Below, piece after piece: positions 60,877-64,000 of a stretch of 64,000 bases of DNA. The DNA comes from an uncultured Gemmatimonadales bacterium (GTDB lineage Bacteria > Gemmatimonadota > Gemmatimonadetes > Longimicrobiales > RSA9), in NCBI GenBank assembly GCA_963708135.1, contig OY970192.1, positions 32,001-96,000 on the forward strand, in the 5' to 3' direction. The number at the start of each line of letters is the position of its first letter. Within the stretch, counting starts at the first letter, position 1. Below the pieces are notes generated by a model, which made no database searches, had not been told where the DNA came from, and saw only the letters and a program-made list of their open reading frames with translations. The translations under genes and the position numbers were made by a program.

Positions 60877-61839
60877 TCAGCTCTCCGCCGCCCACCAGGT
60901 GCCCATCTGCTCGTACTTGTCCCACCGGGCGCGGCGCAGCGCGTCGGAGTCCAGCTCCGCGAGCTCCGCCAGGTGCCGCAGCACCGCCTCGCGGACTCGC
61001 CCGATCGCCGCCGGCGCGTCCGCGTGCGCGCCGCCCAGCGGCTCCCTCACCACCTCGTCCACCACCCCGAGCGCCGCCAGGTCGCCGGCCGTGATCTTCA
61101 TCGCCTCCGCCGCCTTGTCCTTGGCCGCGTTCGTCTTCCACAGGATCGCCGCGCACCCCTCCGGCGAGATCACGCTGTAGATCGCGTTCTCCAGCATGAG
61201 CACCCGGTCCGCGAGCCCCAGCGCCAGGGCGCCGCCGCTGCCGCCCTCGCCGATGACCACCGCCACCAGAGGCACGCGCAGCCGCGCCATCTCGCGCAGG
61301 TTCGTCGCGATTGCCTCGCCCTGACCGCGCTCCTCCGCGCCGATGCCCGGATAGGCCCCCGGCGTGTCGATCAGCGTCACGATCGGGCGTCCGAACTTCT
61401 CCGCCATGCGCATGAGGCGCAGCGCCTTGCGGTAGCCCTCCGGATGCGGCATCCCGAAGTTGCGCCGCAGGTTCTCCTTCATGTCGCGGCCCTTCTGGTG
61501 CCCGATCACCATGATCGTGCGTCCGTCCAGCCGCGCCCACCCGCCCACGATCGCCTCGTCGTCGCGGAACGCGCGGTCGCCGTGCAGCTCCAGGAAGTCG
61601 GTGAACGCCTCCCCGATGTAGTCGAGCGTGTACGGCCGCTTCGGGTGCCGCGCCAGCTGCACCCGCTCGACCGCCGACAGGTTCTCGTACGTCTCCGTCT
61701 TGAGCTGCGCGAGCTTCGACTCGAGGAGCCGCAGCTCCCCCGACGCCTCGAGCCCGCGCTGCCGCGCCAGGACCTGGAGCCGCTCGATCTGCTGCTCCAG
61801 CTCCGCGATGTCCTTCTCGAATTCCAGGGGCGTGCTCAT
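60877..61839 (-). CDS. accA: Acetyl-CoA carboxylase carboxyltransferase alpha subunit
   Basis: ARHPKRP, NFGMPHPEGYRKA, IDTPGAYPG, GEGGSGGAL. Confidence 0.97.
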   Translation of the reverse strand: MSTPLEFEKDIAELEQQIERLQVLARQRGLEASGELRLLESKLAQLKTETYENLSAVERVQLARHPKRPYTLDYIGEAFTDFLELHGDRAFRDDEAIVGGWARLDGRTIMVIGHQKGRDMKENLRRNFGMPHPEGYRKALRLMRMAEKFGRPIVTLIDTPGAYPGIGAEERGQGEAIATNLREMARLRVPLVAVVIGEGGSGGALALGLADRVLMLENAIYSVISPEGCAAILWKTNAAKDKAAEAMKITAGDLAALGVVDEVVREPLGGAHADAPAAIGRVREAVLRHLAELAELDSDALRRARWDKYEQMGTWWAAES

Positions 61840-64000
61840 CCCCCTCCTTGTGGTCTCACCAGGCGAACGTGCTCGCCACCGCAGCGCGCGCGCAGCTCCT
61901 TCACCAGGCCCTCGTCCGGTGCCACCGTCAGCGTGCGCGAACGGAGCCGCGCCGGGCCGTCCGCCGGGGCGTTGCCGCCGACCTCGCCGGCCGCCGGCAG
62001 CCACCGCACGTACAGCGGCGCGGGGCCGGGATGGGCCCGCAGCAGGGCCGCGAGCGAGCCGATCGATTCGGGCTCCACGCCGTTGCCGCTCTCCAGCTCG
62101 AGCTCCAGAGCCAGCGTGCCGCGCGCCCGCAGCGAGGCGAGCGAGGCGACCTCGTCCAGGAAGATCGGCGGCGTGTCCTCGTCCTCGCGCCCCTTCACCA
62201 TCCCGCGCACCAGCACCGCCGCGTCCTGCGTCAGCGCCTCGCGGTTCAGCTCCCACGCCTCGCCGAAGCACAGCACGGACGCCGTGCCGTAGAAGTCCTC
62301 CACCGTCAGCCGGCCCCACTCCGCGCCGTTGCGCCTGGAGACCTGGCGCGAGACGGCCGTCACCACGCAGGCCAGCTCCACCTTCTGGTCCCGGTACTCC
62401 TTCAGGTTCGACGTGTTCACCGCCTGGAAGACCCGGACCTCCTCGCGGTACTTCTCCAGCGGGTGGCCGCTGATGAAGAAGCCGAGGATCTCCTTCTCAC
62501 GCGTGAGTCGTTCGGCCTCCGTCCACGGCACCACGTCCGGCAGCTGCGGATCCGGCCGGGCCGGCGGGGCCTCCGCACCGCCGCCCAACGCGTCGAAGAG
62601 CGAGCCCTGCCCCGACTCCCGCTCCGCGTGCCGGAGCTGCGCCTCGCGCAGCGCCGCCTCGAGGCCCGCGAGCAGCTTCGCCCGGTGTCCCGCGCCGGAC
62701 GGCAGCCGCTCGGTCAGCGAGTCGCAGGCGCCGGCCGTGACGAGCGCCTCGAGCGCACGCTTCCCCAGCGCTCGGCTGTCCGTGCGCTCGACCAGGTCGA
62801 ACAGGGAGGTGAACGGCCCACCCTCCGCCCGCGCCTCCAGGATCGAGCGCACCGCGCCCTCCCCCAGTCCGCGCACCGCGCCCAGCCCGAAGCGGATCTG
62901 GTCGTCCGCCACCGGCGTGAACTTCCAGCCCGACTCGTTCACGTCCGGCGCCAGCACCTCCAGCGCACGGACCCCGCCCTCCGGCATGAACCGCCAGAGT
63001 TCCCGGCATTCCGCGATATAGTTGACGACGCTGTCGGTCTTGTCCACCACCGAGCTCAGCATCGCGGCCATGAACTCGGCGGGGTAGTGCCGCTTGAGCC
63101 ACGCCGTCTCGTAGGAGAGCAGCACGTACGCCACCGCGTGCGAGCGGTTGAAGCCGTAGCGGCCGAACGCGGCGATCTGCTCCGCCAGCTCCTCCGCGGT
63201 CCGCTTCTCCACGCCCCGCTCGACGGCCCGGTCGCGGAACTTCTCGAGCTCCTTGTCGATCAGCGCCTGGTCCTTCTTGCCGACCGCCTTCCGCAGCACG
63301 TCGGCCTCCGCCAGCGTGAAGCCGGCCAGCACCTGCGCGATCCGCATCACCTGCTCCTGATACGTGATGACGCCGTAGGTGGGCTCCAGCACCTCCGTCA
63401 GCCGCTCGTGCGCGTAGCGCACCGGCTCGCGGCCGAGCTTCCTGCGGATGAACACGTCGGTCATGCCCGTGTCCAGCGGCCCCGGCCGGATCAGCGCGTT
63501 GGCGGCCACCAGGTCCTCGAAGCAGTCGCAGCGCATCGCCCGCAGCTTGTCCGTGGCCAGCGACGACTCGAACTGGAACACGCCCGTGGTGCCGCCGTGC
63601 GCCAGCATCTCGTACACCGCCGGGTCGTCCAGCGGCACGTCCTCGATGCGCGCGTACTCCACACCCGTCTCCGGATGCCGCAGCGCGCCGTGGCGCTCGC
63701 GGATCCAGGCCACCGCATCGTGGATCACGGTCAGCGTCTTCAGGCCCAGGAAGTCCATCTTGAGCATTCCGGCCTGCTCGAGCGCGATCATGTCCCACTG
63801 CGTGACGAGCACCGTCTCGTCCTCGCCCGCCCCCGCGCCTTTCGTCAACTGCGTGCACACCGGCACGTATTCGTGCAGCGGGCCCGGCGCGATCACCACC
63901 CCCGCCGCGTGCACGCTGGCATGCCGGCTGAGCCCTTCCAGTCCCTTCGCGTACTCCAGCAGCCGGTGCACCCGACCGTCCGTGCGGTCCAGCGCCCGGA
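61836..64000 (-). CDS. dnaE: DNA polymerase III alpha subunit (5'-partial, runs off the window)
   Basis: HAAGVVI, KMDFLGLKTL, GVFQFES, YQEQVM, YGFNRSH, EKEILGFFISGHPL. Confidence 0.97.
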   Translation of the reverse strand, partial: RALDRTDGRVHRLLEYAKGLEGLSRHASVHAAGVVIAPGPLHEYVPVCTQLTKGAGAGEDETVLVTQWDMIALEQAGMLKMDFLGLKTLTVIHDAVAWIRERHGALRHPETGVEYARIEDVPLDDPAVYEMLAHGGTTGVFQFESSLATDKLRAMRCDCFEDLVAANALIRPGPLDTGMTDVFIRRKLGREPVRYAHERLTEVLEPTYGVITYQEQVMRIAQVLAGFTLAEADVLRKAVGKKDQALIDKELEKFRDRAVERGVEKRTAEELAEQIAAFGRYGFNRSHAVAYVLLSYETAWLKRHYPAEFMAAMLSSVVDKTDSVVNYIAECRELWRFMPEGGVRALEVLAPDVNESGWKFTPVADDQIRFGLGAVRGLGEGAVRSILEARAEGGPFTSLFDLVERTDSRALGKRALEALVTAGACDSLTERLPSGAGHRAKLLAGLEAALREAQLRHAERESGQGSLFDALGGGAEAPPARPDPQLPDVVPWTEAERLTREKEILGFFISGHPLEKYREEVRVFQAVNTSNLKEYRDQKVELACVVTAVSRQVSRRNGAEWGRLTVEDFYGTASVLCFGEAWELNREALTQDAAVLVRGMVKGREDEDTPPIFLDEVASLASLRARGTLALELELESGNGVEPESIGSLAALLRAHPGPAPLYVRWLPAAGEVGGNAPADGPARLRSRTLTVAPDEGLVKELRARCGGEHVRLVRPQGGG

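Noticed and set aside
61836..64000. Intein in dnaE (also checked gyrA at 41840-44413)
   Set aside because: No C/S...HN splice junctions or large insertions; only short loop insertions.

Overview
Very GC-rich bacterial chromosomal window, roughly 70-75% GC by eye. Gene content suggests a Gemmatimonadota/Longimicrobiales-like genome; this is inference only. About 60 genes are supported. Housekeeping genes include uvrA, map, gyrA, metG, accA, partial dnaE, a fadJ-like gene, ricT/PSP1 and dsbA-VKOR. Accessory genes include benzoate-CoA ligase, an iodotyrosine deiodinase-like nitroreductase, an aquaporin, TMEM175, pirin, beta-carbonic anhydrase and a pair of amidohydrolases. No rRNA, tRNA, CRISPR array, integrase or transposase was recognised. 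Main oddities: (1) an orphan fused TssB-TssC (T6SS sheath) gene overlapping a DUF2207 gene, with no other T6SS gene in the window; (2) a roughly 1.1-kb duplication (GT2 3' end, promoter, map, yncE-like 3' end) with a diverged left part and an approximately 99%-identical 833-bp right part, bracketing a 2.7-kb lower-GC, integrase-free insert that carries a frameshifted subtilase; (3) an ECF42-type sigma locus with two matching TGTCGATT-N12-GTTCGTCGC promoters; (4) a GGAAC-N18-GTT ECF-type motif conserved upstream of both map copies; (5) several lesioned genes; (6) Met at the GyrA Ser83-equivalent position; (7) dispersed G-rich hexamer repeat tracts. All calls come from reading motifs by eye; no database search was run.
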